59,990 bases of DNA from an uncultured archaeon (GTDB lineage Archaea; Asgardarchaeota; Heimdallarchaeia; Heimdallarchaeales; Heimdallarchaeaceae), in contig CAZHRF010000015.1 in assembly GCA_964534625.1 (NCBI GenBank), positions 1-59,990 on the forward strand. The letters are read 5' to 3'. The notes below the pieces were generated by a model. That model was not told the origin of the DNA, searched no databases, and saw only the letters and a program-made list of their open reading frames with translations. The first letter of the stretch is position 1, and each line of letters opens with the position of its first letter. Below, one piece after another: positions 1-10,374 of the stretch. Position numbers and translations under genes: made by a program.

Positions 1-2
1 CA

Positions 3-548
3 CTTTTGGGTACAAAATGTTGTGTTTATATAGGACCATTTTGTAAGAAAGAGTAGACGTGGAAGAAGAAACTCACAAAAAAAACCAGTTGTACTGGAAA
101 CAGTGAGAAAACATAACCCACGTGAAAGTGAGGTCAAGAGAAACAATCTTGATCAGATACTACCTGCTATCCGGAACATGACGATGTTCGAATATCGGGT
201 AAGCAGTCAGGTATTCCATGTACTCGGGCAATGCTCGCAGTGCTAGATAGGGTGGTACGTATCTACCTTACGTATCAGCTATCATCCCGGAGGTGGTAGC
301 TTTCCTCAGGAGAGCCAAGTAAGCCTAGTTGGGCCAGTAATGAGTCCCGGGAAGAATGTCGCGATGAACCCACACACTGGCGTTAATCTTGTAGATTGCT
401 GGTGTAATCTTGACACTTATCGCTCCCAGGTGTAACAACACTGGATACCTTGGTATTCTTGTGTTGTTCTCCTTTTATCACGTGTCCAGTTGGGTGAGGT
501 GATACACTGGCGGGTGTATTGGGTTACGTACCCAGTTGTACCCAAAAG
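3..548. mobile_element. Non-coding element with terminal inverted repeats (MITE-like) and a highly structured interior
   Basis: Perfect 13-bp inverted repeats CTTTTGGGTACAA (3-15) and TTGTACCCAAAAG (536-548). Interior is visibly GC-richer than the flanks and full of hairpins. It truncates the ORF at 524-835. Confidence 0.7.
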
Positions 549-835
549 AACTCATGAGGAGAATAATAGACCCATTCAAAACGATCAGGTAATCGTTGTT
601 CGATATAATTTTCATCTATCAATTCTTTCTCAAAATTGACAAAAACTATACTCAAGGTCAGATTACGCTCTATTGTGTTAGCAGTAGAAAATTCTTGTAA
701 TTGGGAAGGAAAATAGTTAGAAGAAGATAAATTACCAGCTGTTGTATTTGAAAATAGTTGCAAGGTTATAATTAACACTATAAAGAGAGGTGTTTTCAAT
801 TTGTTTGTATTCATGATTAAATTTATTCTTGTCAA
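524..835 (-). pseudogene. N-terminal fragment of a secreted protein, interrupted by the 3-548 element
   Basis: Signal-peptide-like start (KLKTPLFIVLIITLQLFS). The last codons FWVQLGT* are encoded by the element's TIR and subterminal sequence. Confidence 0.65.
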
Positions 836-1047
836 CTTATATAATTTTGCAAATGAAAAAAGAGAAACATCTAGAACTTAATCTTCCTCATCAGATAGAC
901 GTTAATTGTACTTGTTTAAATTATTCTGTTAAAAAAGTGTGGTTAATCATATGTGAGTAAGGCAATCCATTTTTTGTCCTATGCTAAGGTTAAAAAGAAT
1001 TTTTTACAATAGTACTAGTTGACAATTAAGTCGTAAGGTGATTAAAA

Positions 1048-1425
1048 ATGTCAAAAGAAAAAATCAACAGAATCTGGATCATGCCACACGTACATTGCTC
1101 TTGCCATTGTCAAGAAGATGATGAATCAACAGAATGTACTGATGAAGAACACAAAACGTTTTACGAACTATTTTACGAACTCCCCGGCGTTTCAAAAGAC
1201 AATATAACTTTACGAGTGATCAAAAACGGTATTCGCTTAGAAGCAGAAAGAGATAAGAGTACGGTCTTTTTTAACGAATATAGTTTTGTTGCTGAAGCTG
1301 AACTCAATAAAGTAGAAGCGTCATACAGCAATGGCTTATTACTTGTGACTGTGCCTTTAAAAGAAGAAGATCCGTTTATAAAAGCTGAACCTATGGAAAT
1401 CAAAGATATAGAATTCAAAAAATAA
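1048..1425 (+). CDS. Hsp20/alpha-crystallin family small heat-shock protein
   Basis: ELPGVSKDNI and ASYSNGLLLVTVP alpha-crystallin motifs. Confidence 0.85.
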   Translation: MSKEKINRIWIMPHVHCSCHCQEDDESTECTDEEHKTFYELFYELPGVSKDNITLRVIKNGIRLEAERDKSTVFFNEYSFVAEAELNKVEASYSNGLLLVTVPLKEEDPFIKAEPMEIKDIEFKK

Positions 1426-1516
1426 CGATAAGAATAAGGATAAGCTTTTATTGGTCTAATCACATATGAGTTATACTTTGGGTTTTTCTTGATCCAAAAA
1501 TTAAGAAAAAAAGAAC

Positions 1517-2530
1517 CTAACTATTTGTTTTTTCTATTTTTATTTTTATGTCTTTTACCGCTTTTTTTGCATGTTTTCTTCCATTTTCAATAAATACTTT
1601 ATTAGTAGCATGTCCGGCTCCAGCAGAACCTATTACATATATGCCCTTTCTGGCTTGGCTTTCATAGTTTGCAAATAATTTTACACTTAAATCGTCATTA
1701 AGTTCCAACCCCCATTTTCTTAAGTAATCAATATCTGGTAAAAATCCAGTTAGGATGAACACAAAGTCTGCTTCTATAATGTATTCTTCATTATCCATTG
1801 CAATAATAACACCTTCATCTGTTATTTCTTTGGTTTCTGCAGGCATATACGTTTCTATTGATCCTTCTTTAATACGATTAAGAAGATCAGGTCGTACCCA
1901 GTATTTGATATTCTCACTTGGTTCAGCATATTTGTGAATAAGGTGTACACGTGTGCCATGTCGGAATAAGTCTAAAGCAGCTTCAGCACCAGAATTCCCT
2001 GCACCTATTATTACCACATCTTGATTATAAAACTCATGTGGATCACCAGAATAATAATACGACGTGTTAAAATTATCTTCACCAGGGATACCGCCTAACC
2101 CCCTAGGATTGTCGAAATAACCTGTTGCAATTATTACATATTTTGCTTTATAGGTATAAGGAAATTCTTCCCCTTTATCTACAAATTTACCTCTCACTGC
2201 AAAATTTTCTTCTTCTCCGGTAATTTCTTCAACAATATGATATAATTTCACGTTGAGATTTTCATTATGTACAACGCCCCTATAATAATCTAAAGCTTGT
2301 TGACGTGTTGGTTTAGTAGCAGTCGATGGGAGAGGGTGATTACCTATCTCCAACTCTTTAGCACTTGTAAAAAAACGCATAAAAACAGGATAATTAAAAA
2401 CTGAATTGGTTATTACTCCTTTCTCTAATACAATAACTTTTAATCCTCTTTGTTTTGCATCTACTGCAGCTGCTAATCCCACAGGTCCAGCTCCTACTAT
2501 TGCAATATCATAAATTTCTTCATCATTCAT
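1517..2530 (-). CDS. YpdA/Bdr-family FAD/NADPH oxidoreductase (putative bacillithiol disulfide reductase-like)
   Basis: GAGPVG FAD motif, MRFFTS..LEIG, ATGYFDNP, GAGNSG, IKYWVRP, FIENGRKHA. These are typical YpdA motifs; no CxxC. Confidence 0.8.
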   Translation of the reverse strand: MNDEEIYDIAIVGAGPVGLAAAVDAKQRGLKVIVLEKGVITNSVFNYPVFMRFFTSAKELEIGNHPLPSTATKPTRQQALDYYRGVVHNENLNVKLYHIVEEITGEEENFAVRGKFVDKGEEFPYTYKAKYVIIATGYFDNPRGLGGIPGEDNFNTSYYYSGDPHEFYNQDVVIIGAGNSGAEAALDLFRHGTRVHLIHKYAEPSENIKYWVRPDLLNRIKEGSIETYMPAETKEITDEGVIIAMDNEEYIIEADFVFILTGFLPDIDYLRKWGLELNDDLSVKLFANYESQARKGIYVIGSAGAGHATNKVFIENGRKHAKKAVKDIKIKIEKTNS

Positions 2531-2657
2531 AGTTTATTATTGGACTCTATCTTTTAAATATTCATCTGTTTTACAATAACATCTGTTCTTTTAATGTGTG
2601 TAATGCATGAATAATGTATTTTTCAGCATTAAATTATGCCAATAGCTCTCTCAATAT

Positions 2658-2690
2658 TCTTTAACCTACTTGAACAATCTTTAACCTACT
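2658..2690. repeat. 13-bp direct repeat TCTTTAACCTACT x2 (20-bp period) upstream of the ABC exporter
   Basis: Copies at 2658-2670 and 2678-2690. Confidence 0.7.
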
Positions 2691-2749
2691 AACAAAGATT
2701 TTTAAAACTATATTTTCTTTTAAATTTAAGTTTAATCGAGGAAAGTTCA

Positions 2750-4534
2750 ATGGAAAAAAAAGGTGAAACACAAAATCAATATGTTAAATGGTTATTTTCG
2801 CACGTTTTGAATCATAAAGGTTTGTTTACACTAAATTTTATTGGAATTATAATGGTCACCTATACACGTACGATTATACCTGTAAGAATAGGAAGACTTA
2901 CAGATCAAATTGCTACAAAGCAAGTTTCTGGTAATCTTCTATTGGCAATGACCATTTTACTGGGTTTTTACCTACTTCGTAATGCTGTTGAATATATTAC
3001 TTGGATGATAGGGCATAAATTAGGCTCCAAAACCGAGCAATCAATGAGGCGACAGTTTTTTGAGAATGTTCAAAATAAACCCCTTAGTTTTCATGACAGT
3101 ACTAAAACAGGTGATCTCCAAGCACTAGCCACTAATGACCTTCGTGTCATCAATACTATGATAGCCCACGGGTCATTTTATATTTATCCTTTTATTCAGA
3201 CTATAGTTACGCTTGTTCAAATTCAAACATTTAATTATCTTATGGCGTTGCTTACCTTACCTTTTCTAGGCTTGTATACATATTTTGTTTTACGATATCG
3301 AAAGCACTTAACACCTTATTCAAAAAAAGCCTTAACCAAACATGCTGATATTACAGTTTCATTGCAAGAAAGTTTAAATGGTATTCAAGTTACTCGAGCC
3401 TTTTGTGCTGAAGATCTAGAATACGAAAAGTTTCGTAAAACAGTTCAAGCATATCGTAAAAACAGATTAGGTGAGATACGCGTTCAAGCACGTTTTTATC
3501 CATTATTAGTATTATATATCGCTATTGGACTTTCCATTGTGCTTGGTGTCTTTTTTGTTCCAGAGATTCTTTCTTTAGGTGAGTTAACCGCTGTTCTTTT
3601 ATTGCTGATTGCACTTATCCATCCTACCACAATGATTTTTTGGGCTACTCGGGATATGATTGGTGGCTTTGCTGCTAGTGAAAGATTATTTGATACCATC
3701 TCATCTGGTGATGTAGAATTATTACCAAAACAAAAACAAAGTTATTCTGATGTATTCGAGGGTGAAATTGCATTTCAAAATGTTTCATTTTCTTATCCTA
3801 ATTCATCAAATGGCAACAACAATCCCAAAGTGTTAAAGGATTTGTCTTTTAAAATAGCACCTAATCAACGTGTGGCTTTAGTTGGTCCTACTGGTTGTGG
3901 TAAAACCACTTTAGCTAAACTACTGTTGCGGTTATATGACGCACAAGAAGGAACTATTTTCTTGGATGGGAAACAAATTCAAGACTATCCTCTTGAAATG
4001 GTTCGTCAACAGATTGCATTAATTGAACAAGACATTTTTTTGTTCTCACAAACTATCGAAGAAAATATCAAATTTGGCTCACCTAATGAATCTAAAGATA
4101 GAGTTATTGAGGCAGCTAAATTAGCTCATGCTCACGATTTTATTACTAACTTTGATAAAGGCTATGATACTGTTGTGGGTGAGCGAGGAACCACGCTTTC
4201 TGGAGGCGAAAAACAACGTATTGCTATTGCTCGGGCTTTCATAGTAAATCCAGATATATTAATTCTTGATGATTCGATGTCAGCTATAGATAGTGAAACA
4301 GAAGAAAAAATTGCAAAGGCAATAAATAATATATTAAAAAATCGCACCACTGTAATTATTACTCATCGTTTGCATACTATTCGTACCAGCGATTTAATTT
4401 TAGTTATGAAGAACGGTGAAATTGTAGCACAAGGACAACATGAAAAATTGCTTTCAACTTCTAAAGATTATCGAAAAATATTTGGTATGCATTTAGAGGA
4501 CACCAATCTTGGATTAAAACAGGAGGTGAACTAG
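2750..4534 (+). CDS. ABC exporter, fused TMD-NBD subunit (heterodimer subunit with degenerate Walker B)
   Basis: Six-TM N-terminal half, GPTGCGKT, LSGGEKQR, ILILDDS. Confidence 0.95.
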   Translation: MEKKGETQNQYVKWLFSHVLNHKGLFTLNFIGIIMVTYTRTIIPVRIGRLTDQIATKQVSGNLLLAMTILLGFYLLRNAVEYITWMIGHKLGSKTEQSMRRQFFENVQNKPLSFHDSTKTGDLQALATNDLRVINTMIAHGSFYIYPFIQTIVTLVQIQTFNYLMALLTLPFLGLYTYFVLRYRKHLTPYSKKALTKHADITVSLQESLNGIQVTRAFCAEDLEYEKFRKTVQAYRKNRLGEIRVQARFYPLLVLYIAIGLSIVLGVFFVPEILSLGELTAVLLLLIALIHPTTMIFWATRDMIGGFAASERLFDTISSGDVELLPKQKQSYSDVFEGEIAFQNVSFSYPNSSNGNNNPKVLKDLSFKIAPNQRVALVGPTGCGKTTLAKLLLRLYDAQEGTIFLDGKQIQDYPLEMVRQQIALIEQDIFLFSQTIEENIKFGSPNESKDRVIEAAKLAHAHDFITNFDKGYDTVVGERGTTLSGGEKQRIAIARAFIVNPDILILDDSMSAIDSETEEKIAKAINNILKNRTTVIITHRLHTIRTSDLILVMKNGEIVAQGQHEKLLSTSKDYRKIFGMHLEDTNLGLKQEVN

Positions 4535-6334
4535 ATGGGGTTATTCAGATCAGCTATGAGAGAAAAAAAGAAAGAACGATCATACAGTGATAAAGAACTT
4601 TTCAAACGATACCTTAAACGCTTAAGACCATACAAGAAGAATATTGTACTAATAGCCATTTTTATGATTATACAAACGATAGCCTCAGTGATTTCTCCTT
4701 TACTCGTTCGTTTTGTTACTGATGAAATAGTTGTATCTACCCCCCGTTTTTGGTTCGCATTAAGTGCGTCATTAGGTTTTCTAACTCTATATTTAATTAA
4801 TTGGGCTGCTTTTTCTTTACAGCAAATTCAATTAGGTAAATATATACCATTCTTTCTAGAAGACTTACGTTTAGAACTATTTTCTAAAATTCAAGAACAA
4901 GATATGACTTTTTTTGATGAACGAATGAGTGGAAAACTTAATAGCATTATTGTTAATGATACTTTGGATTTTAGTGGTACAGCTGTACTTATTAGTAATA
5001 CTATAGCAAATTTGATTATTAGTGTTGTCACATTAGGCGTTTTATTTTATTTTAATGCATTTTTGGCCCTTATTACAGTTGGAGCTGTTCCTGTTCTTTT
5101 TATCCTTATGTACTTACTCCGTAACTTAGCTAAGCGATTAAGTAAAAGATACAGACAAGCTATAGGTAGCGTTAACTCTGCAATGGTTGAGGCAATTGAG
5201 GGGATCCAAATTTCTAAAAGTTTCGGGCAAGAAATGAGCATCGCGAATCAATTTGAAAATATTAATGAGAATTACTTCAGGTCATGGATGAATTTAACTG
5301 CGGCCACACATTTTTGGCGCCCATTGCTTAATACCTTAACTTCTGTTATCCTTTGTATTGTTTTATATTTTGGGATTAGCATGGATTTGTCTGCTGGAAT
5401 TATGGTCATGTTCATATTATATATAGAAGATTTTTTCAGACCTGTTATGACACTCGCTAGATTCTTTCCAGAACTAAGTGAGGGAATGGCATCCTTTGAA
5501 AGAGCTTTGGAAATCATAGATAGTGAGCCACTCGTTCAACAAAACCCTTCTGCTCGACCTATTGAAGATATTCAAGGAGAGATACGCTTTGAAAATGTTC
5601 ATTTTTGGTATGATAAAAATAATATTGTTTTTAAGGGGCTTAATCTTACTATTAACAAAGGGGAAAAACTGGCTGTTGTTGGACACACAGGTGCAGGAAA
5701 GACTTCTTTAGTTTCCTTACTCTCCCGCTATTATGAGTTTCAAAAAGGAGATATTTTAATTGATGTAGAGAGTATTAGAAACTTTACTTTGGAATCATAT
5801 AGACGCCAATTTGGTAAAGTTGAGCAAGACGTTTATTTATTCCCAGGAACAATAAAAAACAATATCAAATATGGTAGGAAAAATGTGACAGACGAAGATA
5901 TTTGGAAAGTATTAGATATTGTCCAAGCAAGCGAATTTGTCCGTCGTTTACCTGCGGGATTGGAAACGAAGATTGGTGAACGTGGAAGTGACCTTTCTGC
6001 TGGTCAACGACAATTAATTAGTTTTGCTCGTGCAATCTTATTAGATCCAAAAATCTTGATTTTAGATGAAGCGACATCCAGTGTTGATGCCTATACTGAA
6101 GCAATGATCCAAGAAGCTTTAGATAAGATACTTCAAGAACGAACAGCTATCATTATCGCTCATCGATTATCCACAATTGTCAATGTTGACCGAATCATTG
6201 TAATGGATCATGGTAAAATAGTAGAACAAGGAACACATGAAGAATTACTAGCCAAAGAAGGGAAATATGCTTCACTTTACAATCAGTATTTTGCCCACCA
6301 AAGTTTAGAATGGCAACAACAACACCTTTCCTAA
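4535..6334 (+). CDS. ABC exporter, fused TMD-NBD subunit (partner)
   Basis: GHTGAGKT, LSAGQRQ, ILILDEAT; abuts the upstream gene. Confidence 0.95.
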   Translation: MGLFRSAMREKKKERSYSDKELFKRYLKRLRPYKKNIVLIAIFMIIQTIASVISPLLVRFVTDEIVVSTPRFWFALSASLGFLTLYLINWAAFSLQQIQLGKYIPFFLEDLRLELFSKIQEQDMTFFDERMSGKLNSIIVNDTLDFSGTAVLISNTIANLIISVVTLGVLFYFNAFLALITVGAVPVLFILMYLLRNLAKRLSKRYRQAIGSVNSAMVEAIEGIQISKSFGQEMSIANQFENINENYFRSWMNLTAATHFWRPLLNTLTSVILCIVLYFGISMDLSAGIMVMFILYIEDFFRPVMTLARFFPELSEGMASFERALEIIDSEPLVQQNPSARPIEDIQGEIRFENVHFWYDKNNIVFKGLNLTINKGEKLAVVGHTGAGKTSLVSLLSRYYEFQKGDILIDVESIRNFTLESYRRQFGKVEQDVYLFPGTIKNNIKYGRKNVTDEDIWKVLDIVQASEFVRRLPAGLETKIGERGSDLSAGQRQLISFARAILLDPKILILDEATSSVDAYTEAMIQEALDKILQERTAIIIAHRLSTIVNVDRIIVMDHGKIVEQGTHEELLAKEGKYASLYNQYFAHQSLEWQQQHLS

Positions 6335-6438
6335 ATTTGAGGATGAATATGCATTGTTTGATAAAATTGTACTATTAAATATTTATTTCAATTTAATTAA
6401 GACATGTTAAAAAAAGGAATAAAAGAAGTATACAATTC

Positions 6439-7359
6439 TTATTCTTTGAATACTTCTATTACTTTTTCTGCAGCTTCTAAACTAGCTCTTGTATTACCCT
6501 CTAGTGTTTGAGCACCTATATGGGGTGTTATTATAACATTTTCATGGTTTAGTAATGGATTATCTGGTGAGGGGGGTTCATTTTCAAATACATCTGTAGC
6601 ATAGACAGCCATTTTTCCCGACTTTAATGCTTCAAATGCATCTTTTTCATTAACAATTCCACCTCTTGCTGTATTTACCAGTATTACTCCGTCTTTCATT
6701 TTCTCAAAGGCTGTTTTAGATATGAGATTCTTTGTTCCATCAGTCAGAGGTAAATGTAAGCTGATATAATCTGCTTGTTTCAAAACTTCATCCATAGGCA
6801 TAATTTCAATATACTCTTTCTTCTTCATACTTTGGCTGTAACCAATTACATTCATTCCAAGAGCCAGAGCTTTTTGAGCTAAAGATTGTGCTATTCTTCC
6901 TGTTCCTATTACGCCTAATGTTTTTTCTGCAACTTCATTGCTAAATAACTGTTTTTTTACTTTCTTAAAGGAACTGGGATCTTTTCGTACCTCTATTGTT
7001 CCTATATCAACTCTTCTAGTTGATGCAAGGATTAAGGTTAAAGCCAACTCCGCCACACTATTAGTTGTCGCTGAGGGAGTATTGAAAACTTTTATCCCTT
7101 TTGCTTTAGCTTTTTCTAGATCAATATTATCAAGTCCTACACCAGGACGACCTATAGCAATTAACTTGTCTGCATTGTCCATTAGTGCACCTTTCACTTT
7201 AGTTGCAGAACGAACAATCATAGCTTCATACTCTCCTACTATTGTAGGAAGGTCTTCTTTTTTCATTTCCCATGCGGTTTTAACTTCAAAACCAGCATCT
7301 TCAAACTTTTTAATTGCTTTTTCATTTACCTTATCACAGATAAGCACTTTTGGTGCCAT
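6439..7359 (-). CDS. serA: D-3-phosphoglycerate dehydrogenase / D-2-hydroxyacid dehydrogenase
   Basis: VRSATKV, GVGLDNID, GTGRIA, NTARGG, DVFENEP, TPHIGAQT; adjacent to a class V aminotransferase. Confidence 0.8.
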   Translation of the reverse strand: MAPKVLICDKVNEKAIKKFEDAGFEVKTAWEMKKEDLPTIVGEYEAMIVRSATKVKGALMDNADKLIAIGRPGVGLDNIDLEKAKAKGIKVFNTPSATTNSVAELALTLILASTRRVDIGTIEVRKDPSSFKKVKKQLFSNEVAEKTLGVIGTGRIAQSLAQKALALGMNVIGYSQSMKKKEYIEIMPMDEVLKQADYISLHLPLTDGTKNLISKTAFEKMKDGVILVNTARGGIVNEKDAFEALKSGKMAVYATDVFENEPPSPDNPLLNHENVIITPHIGAQTLEGNTRASLEAAEKVIEVFKE

Positions 7360-7375
7360 TTTTTTTCCTCCTATT

Positions 7376-8464
7376 CTATAATCCCCAAACAGATTCTATG
7401 GCTTTCAACAACTCTTTCAAATCGCCCATGGTATGATCTCCCATATGACCAATTCTGAAAGTTTTCCCTTTTAATGCACCATATCCGTTAGCTATTGAGA
7501 ATCCTTTTTTAGCAAGTCCACCTTTTAATTCTCCGAAATCTAATCCTTTTGTGTTTGAAATAGTTGTGACAGTTACCGAACGGTTTCCTTCTTCAGCAAA
7601 AAGTTCAAATCCATGATCTAACGCCCATTTTTTAGTATGTTCAGCCATTTCTTTATGTCTTAAGGCTCTATTTTCATGCCCCTCATCTAACATTTTGCCT
7701 AATTGATAATCTAAAGCATACATAAGCGATATTGGTGGCGTTGAAGGGGTTTGTTTCTTTTTCCCATAATAGTCATGAATTCTTACAAGATCAGTGAACA
7801 TTCCTCTTGAGGGTACCTCTCTTCCACGTTCAATAGCCTTATCAGAGTAAATTGCTATAGTTAAACCGGGTGGTAAAGCAAAGGCTTTCTGTGTTGAAGC
7901 GAAGATCAAATCTGTTTGCCATTCATCAGGATAGACTAAATCTCCCCCGAGAGATGAAACAGCGTCAACAACTAGTAATGTTTCAGGATATTTTGCCTTT
8001 AACATCGCCCCTATTTCTTTTATTGGGGCTGTTACTCCAGTACTTGTTTCATTATGGCAACAAGTAACCACATCATATTCTGTCTTTTCAAGTTTTTCTT
8101 CAATCATTGCAACTGTGACAGCTTTTCCCCATTCCACATTAATAGCGTCAGCCTCAATACCACATGCTTTGATGGTCTTATACATTCGCTCTGAGAAAGC
8201 TCCAAAAACACAACATAGTGCTTTCTTTCCAGTTCTGATGAGATTACGTGCAGTTATATCAAAAAACATCGTTCCAGATGCAGGAGTTACAGCAATATTT
8301 TGTTCTGTATCAAAATAGTTTCGTAATTGATTTAGGATACTGGCATAAAGATCAGTAAATGCTTGACTCCTATGACCAATCATAGGTTTTGTCTGTGCTT
8401 CTAATACATCTTTTTTAATCTCTGTTGGACCAGGTATGAATAATTTTTCAGTCATATTTTTCAC
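7376..8464 (-). CDS. Class V PLP aminotransferase (serine-pyruvate/alanine-glyoxylate type)
   Basis: FIPGPT, HNETSTG, DAVSS, STQKAFALPPG, FRIGHMG. Confidence 0.9.
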   Translation of the reverse strand: MKNMTEKLFIPGPTEIKKDVLEAQTKPMIGHRSQAFTDLYASILNQLRNYFDTEQNIAVTPASGTMFFDITARNLIRTGKKALCCVFGAFSERMYKTIKACGIEADAINVEWGKAVTVAMIEEKLEKTEYDVVTCCHNETSTGVTAPIKEIGAMLKAKYPETLLVVDAVSSLGGDLVYPDEWQTDLIFASTQKAFALPPGLTIAIYSDKAIERGREVPSRGMFTDLVRIHDYYGKKKQTPSTPPISLMYALDYQLGKMLDEGHENRALRHKEMAEHTKKWALDHGFELFAEEGNRSVTVTTISNTKGLDFGELKGGLAKKGFSIANGYGALKGKTFRIGHMGDHTMGDLKELLKAIESVWGL

Positions 8465-8574
8465 CTTATTTTAAAGATATATAATAATAATTTACTTTGT
8501 AATTAAAATTTACTATATGTAATTGGAATATGTATAACAATATTTAACAGCATAGTAAAGGAAATTGTTAAAGA

Positions 8575-9081
8575 TCAATCGAGATTGTATAATGACTCAA
8601 TTGGAGGTTTGTATGCCTTTTCTGGCGCTTTCTCTTTGCTTTTATATATGCTCGATTCTGTAATAATTTCCCTTACAAAATAGACTAAAGCGAGTAACTG
8701 AAATCCTAGTGTCCATGATGAAACAACAATGATTACAAGCCTCAGTTCTCCATTGAATAAGCTTAAATAAACCCAAGTAGGAACAAGAAAAATGAAGAAT
8801 GATAGAATGGGAATAAGGATAAAAATATAAAGTAACTCATTCCATAAATAAAGCAAGGTGGACATAAATTTATAATTCAGTAAACTAAAAACTAGCATAG
8901 AAACAATAATAACAACTCCAATGGCGAAAAAAACAGATCTAAGTAAACTAAGCCAGATAGTTCTGATATAGGTGAATATTTCTATTATCAAAAAGAATAT
9001 ACCTAAAGCAAAGAAAAGGATGCATAATAAGATACCTTCCTCATACATACTCTCTTTTTTAAGAATCTTTAATTCGGGCAT
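8575..9081 (-). CDS. 4-TM membrane protein of unknown function (paralogue of 10375-10854)
   Basis: Four hydrophobic segments, WNELLY motif. Confidence 0.7.
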   Translation of the reverse strand: MPELKILKKESMYEEGILLCILFFALGIFFLIIEIFTYIRTIWLSLLRSVFFAIGVVIIVSMLVFSLLNYKFMSTLLYLWNELLYIFILIPILSFFIFLVPTWVYLSLFNGELRLVIIVVSSWTLGFQLLALVYFVREIITESSIYKSKEKAPEKAYKPPIESLYNLD

Positions 9082-9155
9082 CTATTACTAAATCATTTAT
9101 GGGATATTATAAACATATTCAAATATCAACTAAAACACCTAATGCGCTTATTTTG

Positions 9156-10244
9156 CTAATTTTTTTCTTGCCATTTCCTTGCTTTATCATGACTTTTGTG
9201 TTTTATCGTTAAATTAGGTAATTGACCTGAAGAAGCTTCCTCTTCAGATAGCCAATGTACTGATTGGTGATGGGGGTTATAAAGAACATTAAATGCATTT
9301 TCAACCATTTCAACTTTCAAGTGGGTACCAATAGTAGCAGGATAATAAATTTCGCCATCAAAATCAAAGGGTATAACTTTCTCAGTTTTAATTTCAATTT
9401 TCTTAGCAAAATCAAAAAGAGTTCCCTTCATATCTTTATGTTTACCTGAATAGATCCGTTTAATACCCAAAAGCGTTTGGAATTTAGTCACATCCTTGGT
9501 AATAAACACATTAAAATGGTTGTTTTGTGGATGGCCATCAATACAACATAGCATACCACCACCATTAGATTTGCCTAATCCTATGGTTACCAACATCAAT
9601 TTAATATCAATAGGTTCTTGATCATCGAGTTTAACCGTGGCAGAACGTTGTTTAACGGTTAACAATTTTTTCAAGGCCAATAAAGTATATCTTCGAGGTC
9701 CCTTAATAAAAGAAATTTCATTATTAAGGAGTCCAAGACCTACATCTGAAGCTATTCCCATATCTAAAACATTGATAAAATGTTTTTCGAAACCAGTATC
9801 AACCACTTTAAATTTCCCTGCATTAACAACTGTGCTTTTAGTTTCATTAATTAACGTGTGAACAGCTTTTTCAGGTGACCAAGGCAATCCTAAAACCGTA
9901 TTATAATCATTACCCGTTCCAAAAGGGAGCACACCCATACTCACCTTATCTCGTTCATTCTTTTCTAATTCGATTAATCCATTCGCAACTTCATTAACTA
10001 CGCCATCACCGCTGACAACAACTATTCTATTGCATCCCTCTCTCACCGCTTCTTGTGCTAATTCCCCTCCTTGTTGGGGTGCACTTGTCATTGATACAGA
10101 ATAAGTTATACCCGTTTTTTTAACATATGGCTCCGCTTTCTTCCATTTCTTTTTACATTTACCTAATGCCGAATTAGGGTTCACAATAAATTTCCAGTTT
10201 AAATCTTTCATAGTCGATAGAGAGGTGTTTTTCATAATAAACAT
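9156..10244 (-). CDS. Diacylglycerol/lipid kinase family protein (YegS/DagK-like)
   Basis: IVNPNS, SGDGVVNEVANG, LPFGTGND, FDGE. Confidence 0.9.
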   Translation of the reverse strand: MFIMKNTSLSTMKDLNWKFIVNPNSALGKCKKKWKKAEPYVKKTGITYSVSMTSAPQQGGELAQEAVREGCNRIVVVSGDGVVNEVANGLIELEKNERDKVSMGVLPFGTGNDYNTVLGLPWSPEKAVHTLINETKSTVVNAGKFKVVDTGFEKHFINVLDMGIASDVGLGLLNNEISFIKGPRRYTLLALKKLLTVKQRSATVKLDDQEPIDIKLMLVTIGLGKSNGGGMLCCIDGHPQNNHFNVFITKDVTKFQTLLGIKRIYSGKHKDMKGTLFDFAKKIEIKTEKVIPFDFDGEIYYPATIGTHLKVEMVENAFNVLYNPHHQSVHWLSEEEASSGQLPNLTIKHKSHDKARKWQEKN

Positions 10245-10374
10245 TTCTAAGAATAGTTATTCATAAGAGTAATTTTACTTTACTCAAAAAAGCATTATAG
10301 GGATTTGTTTCTAGCCAAGGTTTACATTAAGACGGAATAACAAAACATATAACTTCATTTTTTTTTTTTAATAT

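Noticed and set aside
30-310. RNase P RNA on the minus strand (CUGAGGAAAG at ~299-309)
   Set aside because: The motif continues GCUACC rather than GUCC, no matching P4 3' strand was found, and G-U pairs favour folding of the + strand
3-548. Group II intron
   Set aside because: No recognisable domain V or GUGYG start at the gene junction; the ends are inverted repeats instead
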